From NCBI GenBank assembly GCA_017694295.1, contig JADINA010000012.1, positions 3,150-67,149 of the forward strand: DNA of 64,000 nucleotides, written 5' to 3'. The number at the start of each line of letters is the position of its first letter. Positions within the stretch are counted from its first letter, which is position 1. Under the pieces are notes generated by a model. That model was not told the origin of the DNA. It made no database searches and was given only the letters and a program-made list of their open reading frames with translations. This DNA comes from Candidatus Alloenteromonas pullistercoris. Its GTDB lineage: Bacteria > Bacillota_I > Bacilli_A > RFN20 > CAG-826. The position numbers and the translations under genes were made by a program. Below are positions 8,389-16,380 of this stretch, piece by piece.

Positions 8389-10161
8389 CTATTCGACGGT
8401 GACGGATTTGGCGAGGTTGCGCGGCTTGTCGATGGGCAGCCCCTTGGCCTCGGCTAGGTAATAGGCGAGCAATTGGGAGATGACGACCGCCGGCCCCACC
8501 CCCAAGTACTCCGGGCATGACTTAAACGAAAGCAAGTCGCCATCGCGTTTGTACTTGCCGTCTGCGACGACCAGGATATCGGCTCCGCGGCTGGCCAATT
8601 CGACGAAGTTGTTGCGCGAGCTCGCCTCCTTCTCCCCGTCGGTTATATACCCGACGACGAGGGTCCCTTTCTGAATGAGGGCGATCGGACCATGCTTCAA
8701 TTCCCCGCCTGGGTAGGCCTCGGCGTGGACATAGGCAACCTCCTTCATCTTCAGCGCCCCCTCAAGGGAGGCGAGGTAATCGTATCCCCTTCCAACGTAG
8801 AAGGCGTCTTTGGCGTCAGCCCGGGAATAGGCGATTTCCTTGATGTGGGAATCGTCTTTAAGGATGTCCTCGATCGATTCGCACATCGAGAGTATGTCCT
8901 TCTCGACGCGGAGGTTGCCTTTAATCGAGGCGACGAGCAAAGCCAAATAGGCGATTTGGGCCAGATAGGATTTGGTGGAGGCGACCGCCACCTCGACGCC
9001 GGCGTAAAGCAAGGAGGAGAAGGTCGCCTTCCTCTCCAAAGTCGAGCCCTTCGAATTGGTGACGACGAGGTTGGGCAGGTTGTTGTCGTTGATGACTTTC
9101 TGGCACTTGATCAAGTCGGCCGTCTCCCCCGACTGGGAGAGGATGATGAAAAAGGGATTCTCACCGATGTCGTAAGGGTCATAGGCCCATTCCGAGGCAA
9201 TCGAGGCCCCGCTTCGCTTGCCGATAGAGCGGAAGAACTTGACCCCGACCTTCGAGGCGTAAAATGAGGTTCCGCAGGCGAGGAAATGGACTGAACTCGC
9301 CATCTTGATCATCGAAAGCATGTTCTTGTCGAAGGCAAAGCCGTCATCGATGTAATTATCCAATAAACGGCGCAAAACCGAGGGGATCTCATGGATTTCC
9401 TTAATCATGTAATGAGGATATCCATGGAGGTCGTCGTCATAAAAATCCTTGCTTCGGGAGACGATTGGGCGATTAACCTCCTCGCCGGAATGGAATATGT
9501 GGGCGCCGTCTTTGTCAAGATAGCCATAATCCCCGTCCTCCAAATCGACGAACCGTTCGGTAAGCCCGATCATCGCCCCGGCGTCGCTGGCCAAATAGGA
9601 AGCGCCATCGGAAAGCCCCAAAAGCAAAGGGGAGGCGTTTTTCATGAAGTAGACGCGCTCGGGCTGCTCCGGGCAAAGGATGGCGCAGGCATAGGAGCCG
9701 GAAAGCTCCTTCATCGAAAGGAGAATGGAGGAAAGGACGTCGTTTCCAAGAAGGTAGAAGCGCTCAATCAAGTCGCAGACGATCTCCGAATCGGTGTCGG
9801 AGATGAAGCCATAGCCCTCATTGGAAAGCTTTTTGCGAAGCGACTTGAAGTTTTCGATTACCCCATTGTGGACCAAGGCGAATTTGCGCTTCATGGAAAT
9901 ATGGGGGTGGGCGTTAAGCTCGTTGGGCTCGCCATGGGTCGCCCAGCGGGTATGGGCGATGCCGGATATGCCAGGGAGCGAGTCTGGAAGCAATGCGGAT
10001 AAATCCTCGACCTTGCCAGCCGTTTTCCTGATGAATAGGCGTTTTTTGTCGACTACCGCCACCCCAGCCGAGTCATATCCCCGGTAATCGAGCTTCTTCA
10101 GCCCGTTTATCAAGTAAGAGCGGAAGTCGATGTTGCCGACTCCCCCGACTATTCCACACAT
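8389..10161 (-). CDS. glmS: Glutamine--fructose-6-phosphate aminotransferase
   Basis: MCGIVGG N-terminal nucleophile, two SIS-domain regions, and C-terminal ...NLAKSVTVE. Confidence 0.95.
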   Translation of the reverse strand: MCGIVGGVGNIDFRSYLINGLKKLDYRGYDSAGVAVVDKKRLFIRKTAGKVEDLSALLPDSLPGISGIAHTRWATHGEPNELNAHPHISMKRKFALVHNGVIENFKSLRKKLSNEGYGFISDTDSEIVCDLIERFYLLGNDVLSSILLSMKELSGSYACAILCPEQPERVYFMKNASPLLLGLSDGASYLASDAGAMIGLTERFVDLEDGDYGYLDKDGAHIFHSGEEVNRPIVSRSKDFYDDDLHGYPHYMIKEIHEIPSVLRRLLDNYIDDGFAFDKNMLSMIKMASSVHFLACGTSFYASKVGVKFFRSIGKRSGASIASEWAYDPYDIGENPFFIILSQSGETADLIKCQKVINDNNLPNLVVTNSKGSTLERKATFSSLLYAGVEVAVASTKSYLAQIAYLALLVASIKGNLRVEKDILSMCESIEDILKDDSHIKEIAYSRADAKDAFYVGRGYDYLASLEGALKMKEVAYVHAEAYPGGELKHGPIALIQKGTLVVGYITDGEKEASSRNNFVELASRGADILVVADGKYKRDGDLLSFKSCPEYLGVGPAVVISQLLAYYLAEAKGLPIDKPRNLAKSVTVE

Positions 10162-11483
10162 TCCTTAGACTCCTTTATCTTGGCGACTATTCCGTTTACC
10201 TGCCTTTGACAAAGCTCCTCGTCAAGGCATTCGGCCATGACCCGGACAAGGGGCTCGGTGCCGCTAGTGCGCACCAAAAGGCGTCCAGAGGAGGAAAGGG
10301 CGCTTTCTGCGCTTCTTATTTGCTCTTTCACTTGGTCGCTATTAAGGGCATCCAAGGCCTCCTTGCGGCTATTGAAGCGGATGTTGACCAAGGTTTGGGG
10401 GTAAACCTTCAAATCGCTTAATTTGGCGTAGACGCTTTTCTCTGAGGCGTAGATCCCCAATATCCGCAAAGCGGTCAATAGGCCATCGCCGGTATTGAGG
10501 TCGGAGGCGAAGATGACGTGCCCGGATTGCTCCCCGCCGATGCTAAGCCCATCCTCTTTCAGCTTGGCTTGGACGTATTTGTCGCCGACCGAGACGATCT
10601 CGTAGCCGATGCCTTCCTCCTGTAGCGCCTTGCGAAGCCCAAAATTGCTCATGACGGTTATGACGACCTTGCCTTGGCTAAGCAATCCTTTGCCCCGAAG
10701 CGAAAGGGCCCCGAGGAAGATGGCGGCGTCCCCGTCGATCACCCGGCCCGACCTATCGATGGCCAGGCAGCGGTCGGCGTCGCCGTCGAAGGCAAAGCCG
10801 ATGTCGAACTCCCCGCTTTCCATGGCCTTGGAAAGGTTGTCTAGATGGGTTGAGCCGCAGCCGGCGTTGATGTTTCTCCCGTCTGGGGCGCAGCTTAAAA
10901 GCTTCGCCTCGATGCCCAAACGGGCGAAAAGCTCGGGGGCGACGTAGGAGGCCGACCCGTTGGCGCAATCCAAAACGACCTTCACCGGGGTTTTGCCTTC
11001 ATACTTGGAGATAAGCCAGTCGACGTAACGCTGCTTAAGGGAGGGGGAGAAAAGGTATTGCCCTTCCTTCTTTGGCAAATAGTCAGAAGGGGAATCGATG
11101 TAATCCTCGATTTTCTCCTCGATCTGCTCGGAAAGCTTCTCCCCGCTTGATTCAAAAAGCTTGATGCCGTTGTCGGCATAGGGGTTGTGAGAGGCCGAGA
11201 TCATGATCCCGTAATCGAAATGGAGCGTTTCGACCAAATAGGAGACGGATGGGGTTGTTGAGATGCCCTCATCATAGACGCGTCCCCCGCTAGCGACGAT
11301 CCCCTCGCAAAGGGCGCGAAGCAAAGCCTCGCCCGATTCGCGGGTGTCGCGGCTTATTAATATCCGGTTACCCTTCCCATCGGGGTATTGCCCGATATAG
11401 CGGCCAATCCTATAAGCCGTCTCGACGGTCAACTCCTTCAAAGCCACCCCGCGGATGCCGTCGGTGCCAAAATATCTTGCCAT
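10149..11483 (-). CDS. glmM: Phosphoglucosamine mutase
   Basis: MARYFGTDGIRGVA, the SASHNPYADNGIK active-site serine loop, and FDGDADR. Overlaps glmS by 13 nt. Confidence 0.95.
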   Translation of the reverse strand: MARYFGTDGIRGVALKELTVETAYRIGRYIGQYPDGKGNRILISRDTRESGEALLRALCEGIVASGGRVYDEGISTTPSVSYLVETLHFDYGIMISASHNPYADNGIKLFESSGEKLSEQIEEKIEDYIDSPSDYLPKKEGQYLFSPSLKQRYVDWLISKYEGKTPVKVVLDCANGSASYVAPELFARLGIEAKLLSCAPDGRNINAGCGSTHLDNLSKAMESGEFDIGFAFDGDADRCLAIDRSGRVIDGDAAIFLGALSLRGKGLLSQGKVVITVMSNFGLRKALQEEGIGYEIVSVGDKYVQAKLKEDGLSIGGEQSGHVIFASDLNTGDGLLTALRILGIYASEKSVYAKLSDLKVYPQTLVNIRFNSRKEALDALNSDQVKEQIRSAESALSSSGRLLVRTSGTEPLVRVMAECLDEELCQRQVNGIVAKIKESKECVE

Positions 11484-11492
11484 TGCTTTTCT

Positions 11493-12344
11493 CTAGACGT
11501 TGGCCTCAGGCAATTCCTTCGGTTCGCTTTTTATGCTCATGTAGTCCTCAAACGTCTGGAGGAAGGACTCGGGCTCGACGGAGACGAGTTCCCCCTCGAA
11601 GGCGATGGAAATGCGGCCCGTCTCCTCGCTTACCACGACCGTGACGGCGTCGACCTGCGAGGAGATCGACAAAGCGGCCCGGTGGCGGGAACCGAATTTC
11701 CCGGGCATGGCGATGTCGACGGTCTGGTAATAAACCGAGGCGGCGGAGATGGTGTCGTTGCGGATGATGACGGCGCCGTCGTGAAGCCTGGTGCCGGGAT
11801 AGAAGATGGTTTGGATGATCTCGCTACAAACCGGGCAATCGAGTTTGACGCCCTTGGCGATGAAGTCATTGAGGGGATCTTCCTTTTCGAAGGTGATCAG
11901 GGCGCCGATCTTCTTCTTCGACATGATCAAGACGGCGTCGTTGACCTTTTTGTAGACGGCCTCGCGGTCGAAAAGGGGCTCTGGGGCCGGTTTGCGGTTG
12001 AATAGCCTTTTCGGCGAGCTTGGCTTGGTGGCTTTGTTGGAGACGTATTTCCGCCCTTCGGCCGAGTTATGGAGGAAGAAGAAGCTGACGGCGACGATGA
12101 AGATGCTAAGGATGATTAGAAGCGGGAGATCGAGCCCGAACACCCAAAAAAGGATGATGGCGACTTCCGAGCTAAGCAGGAAAATGCGGACGAACCAGCG
12201 CTTGAGCCAATAGAAGAAGAGGGCGTCGATGGCGACGAAAATGAGGATGGAAAGCACAAGCGAGGCGATGTTAAGCGGGCTATCCATGTTGGAATAGGGC
12301 GCGGTTTCCAAATCGAAGTTTCCGAAAATTCCCAGTATATTCAT
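11493..12344 (-). CDS. cdaA: Diadenylate cyclase (c-di-AMP synthase), membrane-anchored CdaA type
   Basis: Three N-terminal TM helices, then a DAC domain with LHDGAVIIR (DGA) and GSRHRAALS (RHR) motifs. Start at ATG 12344 (MNILGIF) overlaps the upstream stop as ATGA. The track extension to 12431 is Arg-rich shadow sequence. Confidence 0.9.
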   Translation of the reverse strand: MNILGIFGNFDLETAPYSNMDSPLNIASLVLSILIFVAIDALFFYWLKRWFVRIFLLSSEVAIILFWVFGLDLPLLIILSIFIVAVSFFFLHNSAEGRKYVSNKATKPSSPKRLFNRKPAPEPLFDREAVYKKVNDAVLIMSKKKIGALITFEKEDPLNDFIAKGVKLDCPVCSEIIQTIFYPGTRLHDGAVIIRNDTISAASVYYQTVDIAMPGKFGSRHRAALSISSQVDAVTVVVSEETGRISIAFEGELVSVEPESFLQTFEDYMSIKSEPKELPEANV

Positions 12345-12847
12345 ATCTCGTCTCCCTGATGAGCGTGGGCGAACCTGGCGGCGGCCGAGGCGGCGATGGC
12401 CCCGGCGATGTCGTCGAGGAAGGTGTGGCAATGCCCCGGGTAAGAGCCATTGACCTTTTGGTTAAGCTCCCCGACGATGCCGTATTTGGCTTTGTCGATG
12501 AAACCGAAATTGGTCAAGGCGATCGAGCCGTAGACGTTGCAAATCGAATATGCCAAAACCTCGTCGATCCCGTAAAGACCCTCATCGGTCATGATCATTT
12601 CCTCAAGCAAGGGATCGTCGATTTTCCCCTCCTCGGCCATCTTGTCGAGGGCGATGCCGGTCATGATGGCGTATTGGACCTCCCGCTTCCCGAGGACGTC
12701 GAGGACCGAATCCTCCATCTCCTTGGCGTCGATTGAACGGAAATGGGCTTTTTGCAAAAAGACGGCGCATTCGGCTAAGTCGGCAACGAGCACGCCCCTT
12801 TGGGCGAGCAGTCCGATGCAATGTTCCCGTAAATCCAAAGCAGCCAT
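12341..12847 (-). CDS. PgpA-family (YutG-like, soluble phosphatidylglycerophosphatase A-like) protein
   Basis: 168 aa from ATG 12847 (MAALDLREHCIGLL...). SKREVQ-like GKREVQYAIMTGIALD, GLYGIDEVLAYSICNVYGSIALTNFG and CHTFLDDIAGAIAA resemble Firmicutes YutG/PgpA-family proteins as I remember them. Confidence 0.55.
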   Translation of the reverse strand: MAALDLREHCIGLLAQRGVLVADLAECAVFLQKAHFRSIDAKEMEDSVLDVLGKREVQYAIMTGIALDKMAEEGKIDDPLLEEMIMTDEGLYGIDEVLAYSICNVYGSIALTNFGFIDKAKYGIVGELNQKVNGSYPGHCHTFLDDIAGAIAASAAARFAHAHQGDEI

Positions 12848-12861
12848 AAACAATCCACGAA

Positions 12862-12890
12862 ATATTATGACAAGACTTTTTGCTTTGCAA
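12862..12890 (-). promoter_or_regulatory. Candidate sigma-70 promoter of the pgpA-like/cdaA/glmM/glmS operon
   Basis: Minus strand TTGCAA-17 nt-TAATAT. The -10 ends only 14 nt before ATG 12847, giving a very short leader. Confidence 0.45.
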
Positions 12891-13001
12891 ACCCCCAAAT
12901 ATGGCCGCAATTGGGATAAATCTCGCAAAACGGGAAAAGGAAGGGGGCTTTGCGGGTTTTGCGTCCCCTGCATATTTTTTCTTTATCCAATGAAAAGGCA
13001 A

Positions 13002-13027
13002 GAAAAAAACGGGGCATTTACGCCCCG
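13002..13027 (-). terminator. Rho-independent terminator after tRNA-Gly(CCC)
   Basis: Minus strand CGGGGC-gtaaat-GCCCCG followed by TTTTTTTC. Confidence 0.7.
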
Positions 13028-13038
13028 AGTTTCGCTTC

Positions 13039-13112
13039 TGGAGCAGCCTGCGGGAATCGAACCCGTATAACCAGCTTGGGAAGCTGGTGTTCTACCACTG
13101 AACTAAGGCTGC
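13039..13112 (-). tRNA. tRNA-Gly (anticodon CCC), CCA encoded
   Basis: GCAGCCTTAGTTCAGTGGTAGAACACCAGCTTCCCAAGCTGGTTATACGGGTTCGATTCCCGCAGGCTGCTCCA. Perfect 7-bp acceptor stem; anticodon loop UU-CCC-AA. Confidence 0.9.
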
Positions 13113-13126
13113 AGGTAGCGAAAGCA

Positions 13127-13155
13127 ATTAAACACTTTCGCTTAGGTATAGTCAA
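13127..13155 (-). promoter_or_regulatory. Candidate sigma-70 promoter for tRNA-Gly(CCC)
   Basis: Minus strand TTGACT-17 nt-TTTAAT, about 14 nt upstream of the tRNA 5' end. Confidence 0.5.
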
Positions 13156-13162
13156 CAGGTTT

Positions 13163-13906
13163 CTACTTCCCGCGGACCCGGATGTCGGCCCCGGAATCCT
13201 CGGCCAGCGATTTGGCGAAGTTGATGGCCTCCTCCTGGGTGGCGAAGGAACGGACCCCTTCGCGGGAATTGGCGTAGCGGACCCGCCACTTCCTAACCGT
13301 CGGCTCGTCGCTTCCCTGCTTCGCGCCCTCGAAGACGATGCGCGGCTCCTTTTTCCGCATCTGCTCGGGTTTAGGCGAAGCGGGCGCGGATGAGGAAACG
13401 GGGACGATGGTTGGGGCGTAGGAGACAACCACGTGGGGGTTGACGACCTCCTGCTTGGGGGATTCGAGGGCCTTGGGCTCCTCCTTGGCCGGCTCCTCCT
13501 TCTTCGGGGCGACCTCGGAGATGGCGGTGACGTTATGGCGGATCAAGACGGCGTTAAGCGTCCGGAAGGTCAAACAATGGCCGATGAAGGGGCCGACGAT
13601 TATAAGCGAGCCGAAGAAATTCCAGTTGAAGAACTTGCCAAACCCGGTCGAAGGATGGGTTATGCCAAGGGAGAGAGCCTCCTCCTCCACCCGCCTAGAC
13701 AAAGTCGAGAGCCAGATGATCGAGGGGATGCCGAGGAAAAGGAAATCGAGTATCCAAACAAGGGGGTAGGGGGCCATCTTCCGCCGTCCAAAGGAATTGA
13801 CGTCTTTGGCGACGAAGCAAAGGTAGATAAGGCCGTAAATCCGCAAGGTGATGATATTCAAAATAACGAAGAGAACACCCGAACGTTTGCAATGTTTGTA
13901 CTTCAT
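13163..13906 (-). CDS. Hypothetical membrane protein with a soluble basic C-terminal domain
   Basis: 247 aa, ATG start, 3-4 hydrophobic helices and a Pro/Glu/Lys linker. The C-terminal block WRVRYANSREGVRSFATQEEAINFAKSLAEDSGADIRVRGK is faintly DUF2188-like. Confidence 0.6.
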   Translation of the reverse strand: MKYKHCKRSGVLFVILNIITLRIYGLIYLCFVAKDVNSFGRRKMAPYPLVWILDFLFLGIPSIIWLSTLSRRVEEEALSLGITHPSTGFGKFFNWNFFGSLIIVGPFIGHCLTFRTLNAVLIRHNVTAISEVAPKKEEPAKEEPKALESPKQEVVNPHVVVSYAPTIVPVSSSAPASPKPEQMRKKEPRIVFEGAKQGSDEPTVRKWRVRYANSREGVRSFATQEEAINFAKSLAEDSGADIRVRGK

Positions 13907-13988
13907 TTATAAAACCTCAAAGAAAGTTTACCCTTGCAAAAGTGGGAAGACAACAAAAAACCGCGGAAATCCGCGGGTACTCACGACA

Positions 13989-14064
13989 TGGTGGGTGCTA
14001 CAGGGATCGAACCTGTGACCTCCTGTACGTCAAACAGGTGCTCTCCCAGCTGAGCTAAACACCC
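13989..14064 (-). tRNA. tRNA-Val (anticodon GAC), CCA encoded
   Basis: GGGTGTTTAGCTCAGCTGGGAGAGCACCTGTTTGACGTACAGGAGGTCACAGGTTCGATCCCTGTAGCACCCACCA. Anticodon loop UU-GAC-GU. Confidence 0.9.
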
Positions 14065-14100
14065 ATGGTAACAGTGAGTCCGTCCTTCGACGGCCCGGCT

Positions 14101-14129
14101 ATTATAAAATCGCCCTTAGCCATAATCAA
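14101..14129 (-). promoter_or_regulatory. Candidate sigma-70 promoter for tRNA-Val
   Basis: Minus strand TTGATT-17 nt-TATAAT (perfect -10), followed by a short leader with hairpin CCGTC-gaag-GACGG. Confidence 0.55.
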
Positions 14130-14412
14130 GAGGCGATTTCACGAATGATATTCCCGGAAGTAAAGTCAACTTTTCGAATGAGGGAGATGCAATAAGTCCC
14201 GTAAACGCCGAAACTTTACTGAAAAATGCATTTACTATTGGAATCGCGGATAATCCAATGGGGTATTTTTCGAAAATATTCCGTCGTTGATGCCCATCAA
14301 GTCAGATAAAGCAGTCCATTGCGACGGATGACAAAAAATATTGGAAACCTCTATTAGAAAAACCAGCCACATATAAAACCTTTCATCTACGATCAAGTTC
14401 AGGCGCAGCAAC

Positions 14413-14470
14413 CCATTAATCACACCTTTTTACGTGTGAATTATAATCATTAATTACACTTTTTCTCAGG
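14413..14470 (+). repeat. Repeat module A: two 18-nt units 34 nt apart (start to start), then CTCAGG
   Basis: Units are CCATTAATCACACCTTTT (14413-14430) and TCATTAATTACACTTTTT (14447-14464). The module overlaps the last ~16 codons and the stop of the ATPase gene. It is a direct repeat of module B at 15832-15889. Confidence 0.75.
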
Positions 14471-15819
14471 ATGTCGAGGAAGAAAGAAAGATAATAAAAC
14501 GGCAAAGTCAGAACTTGGCTATCTTCGTCATAGCCATATTGGTTGGCCGATACTTTGATAGCTAAGTCCTTCTTGTTATGAGTTCTGAATTCTGCCAAAG
14601 AGCCAAGCCGTCCTTTGCCCTTCTTCACGTCGATTGGAATAATTCTCGAATCAATGTCGATGAGGAATTCGAGCTCGCTGTCACGTTTTCCTTTCCAATA
14701 AAATAAGCCAAATCCACGCGAAGCGAGTTCATTGCTGACGTAGTTTTCGTAAAAGACGCCGGACAAGGCGTTACCCTCGCTTAGAAAGAAACTTTTCGCG
14801 TTAAGGCCGCTTTGATAGGTGAAGAGCCCTTGGTCGGCGAGATAAAGCCGCATGAGGGAATCTTCTTCCTTGATCAAAGGGGAGGTTACTTTCTCCTTAA
14901 GCAAAAACGATTGGTAAACCACTTTGGCCTCGATGAGCCAGTTGATGGGATTGTTCATATCACGGCCCTTTGCCCCTTCGACGGATAAGGAATATTTGAA
15001 GTTCTTGTTCTCCTTATTCAGTTGCTTATAGATATCCCGATAAACCGCCCGGCTCCTTAAAATCGATTCGGGCGAGGCTTGGTATAAATCCATGTCGGCT
15101 AGATAGTTGTCGTATATTTCCCTAAGCTTTTCGGTCACCAAGTCATAAGCCGCCGCTTTATCTTGTTTGTATGATAGAAAGGCGTCTACCGCCTCCGGCA
15201 TCCCGCCGACGAAAAGGTAGTCGTTAAAAATATCCATCAGGCTTTGATGCATCAAGCCGTCGATTGGCAGTTTGTTCTCGAAATGCCCTTTCACGTAATC
15301 ATAGGCATTGCGGTTAGCATTGAACAAAAACTCGTCGAAAGACATGGCGTACATGTAAAGCTGATTGATCTTCCCAACCGGGAAGAGGAACTTCGAATTG
15401 ACGGCAAATCCCCCGCGCTTATGCGTGTCGCGGTAAATTTTGAGTCTAACTAATGAGCCGGTAACGATAAGAGGGATATCCCGCCTCTGTTCGCAGAACT
15501 GCTTCATCATCCTGACGATTGGCAAACATTCCTGGGCCTCATCAAATATGAGGAGATGCTTGCCATCGTCCTTGAACTGGTAATTAAGTTTAAGGTATTC
15601 CAAAACCTTGGATAAACTTGGGTTCGCTTCGGCGTAGCGGACGAAGCCAAAATCGTCAGAGCAATCGATGCGGAGGTATTTCCCCGGATAATAAGTTTTG
15701 CCGAAGAGTTCCTCAATCAAATAGGTCTTGCCGATTTGGCGGGCGCCCCAAACCATCAACGGCTTCCTATTTGGGTCGTCGTTCCATCTTGCCAAATCTT
15801 TGAGATATTTCCTGTCCAT
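14416..15819 (-). CDS. AAA+ ATPase with C-terminal DUF4143 / PD-(D/E)xK-like domain (COG1373-type)
   Basis: Walker A VWGARQIGKTYLI and Walker B HLLIFDEAQ. C-terminal ELEFLIDIDSRIIPIDVKKGKG resembles a restriction-endonuclease-fold E..D..D-x-K motif. The local DNA is visibly AT-richer than the flanks. Confidence 0.8.
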   Translation of the reverse strand: MDRKYLKDLARWNDDPNRKPLMVWGARQIGKTYLIEELFGKTYYPGKYLRIDCSDDFGFVRYAEANPSLSKVLEYLKLNYQFKDDGKHLLIFDEAQECLPIVRMMKQFCEQRRDIPLIVTGSLVRLKIYRDTHKRGGFAVNSKFLFPVGKINQLYMYAMSFDEFLFNANRNAYDYVKGHFENKLPIDGLMHQSLMDIFNDYLFVGGMPEAVDAFLSYKQDKAAAYDLVTEKLREIYDNYLADMDLYQASPESILRSRAVYRDIYKQLNKENKNFKYSLSVEGAKGRDMNNPINWLIEAKVVYQSFLLKEKVTSPLIKEEDSLMRLYLADQGLFTYQSGLNAKSFFLSEGNALSGVFYENYVSNELASRGFGLFYWKGKRDSELEFLIDIDSRIIPIDVKKGKGRLGSLAEFRTHNKKDLAIKVSANQYGYDEDSQVLTLPFYYLSFFLDILRKSVINDYNSHVKRCD

Positions 15820-15831
15820 ATGTTGAATATA

Positions 15832-15889
15832 TCATTAATTGCACCTTTTGGCAAGTTAAAACCATTCATTATTTGCACCTTTTATCAGG
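15832..15889 (+). repeat. Repeat module B: two 18-nt units 34 nt apart (start to start), then ATCAGG
   Basis: Units are TCATTAATTGCACCTTTT (15832-15849) and TCATTATTTGCACCTTTT (15866-15883). The module begins 12 nt upstream of the ATPase start codon, in the same orientation and with the same internal spacing as module A. Confidence 0.75.
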
Positions 15890-16196
15890 TTTTCAAATTT
15901 ACCGGGCCCCTAACTAAGACTGCCAATCTCTACTTATGGAACTTGTCAAGGAAACAGCAAGCGCATTTTTCCTTATTGAAGCCTTTGGCGAAACCATTGG
16001 ACTGACCATTGCAACCTGCCAAAGCGAACGCCCCGACAATTAAGCCAAGCAATTCGAATTTTCCAACTTCATACCGCAAACGTCGTGTATCGCGCCCAGA
16101 TTGCTTTAGTCGACGAACTTAGTAAAAAATGGCTTTGGGTCTTGCGCTCCGATCAAAGCGTCCACAAGTCCATCGCCATTAAGCAAATTCACAAGA

Positions 16197-16272
16197 TGGT
16201 GCCGACTAGAGGAATCGAACCTCCAACCTACGGTTTACGATACCGTTGCTCTGCCAGTTGAGCTAAGTCGGC
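16197..16272 (-). tRNA. tRNA-Thr (anticodon CGU), CCA encoded
   Basis: GCCGACTTAGCTCAACTGGCAGAGCAACGGTATCGTAAACCGTAGGTTGGAGGTTCGATTCCTCTAGTCGGCACCA. Anticodon loop AU-CGU-AA. Confidence 0.9.
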
Positions 16273-16281
16273 GCGAGATGT

Positions 16282-16310
16282 AGTTTACACGCCTATCGCC
16301 ATGGGGGCAA
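16282..16310 (-). promoter_or_regulatory. Candidate sigma-70 promoter for tRNA-Thr
   Basis: Minus strand TTGCCC-17 nt-TAAACT, ending 9 nt upstream of the tRNA 5' end. Confidence 0.4.
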
Positions 16311-16325
16311 TAAAAACAAAGCCAG

Positions 16326-16360
16326 CAAAAAAGGGGAGGAAGGCGCTTGCCCTCCTCCCC
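16326..16360 (-). terminator. Rho-independent terminator after the P-type ATPase gene
   Basis: Minus strand GGGGAGGA-gggcaagcgcct-TCCTCCCC followed by TTTTTTGC. Confidence 0.75.
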
Positions 16361-16380
16361 CACTTGCGGTTTTCCCGCCT

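Noticed and set aside
10100-10200. A glmS ribozyme upstream of glmS.
   Set aside because: glmM and glmS overlap by 13 nt, so there is no leader in which a ~170-nt ribozyme could sit.
12345-12973. N-terminal extensions of the cdaA ORF (to 12431) and the pgpA-like ORF (to 12973).
   Set aside because: The extensions are Arg/Pro-rich or run through promoter and terminator DNA. The internal ATGs give family-typical N-termini and an ATGA coupling.
14235-14423. A 62-aa ORF (GTG start) downstream of, and overlapping, the DUF4143 ATPase gene.
   Set aside because: It has no RBS and no recognisable similarity. It starts inside the repeat module, so it is probably a chance ORF in AT-rich DNA.
14065-16196. 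att-type direct repeat of the tRNA-Thr 3' end, or an integrase, that would define a classical genomic island.
   Set aside because: I could find no copy of the tRNA-Thr 3' segment (GGTTCGATTCCTCTAGTCGGCACCA or its complement) and no recombinase ORF in the islet. I therefore did not call it a mobile element.
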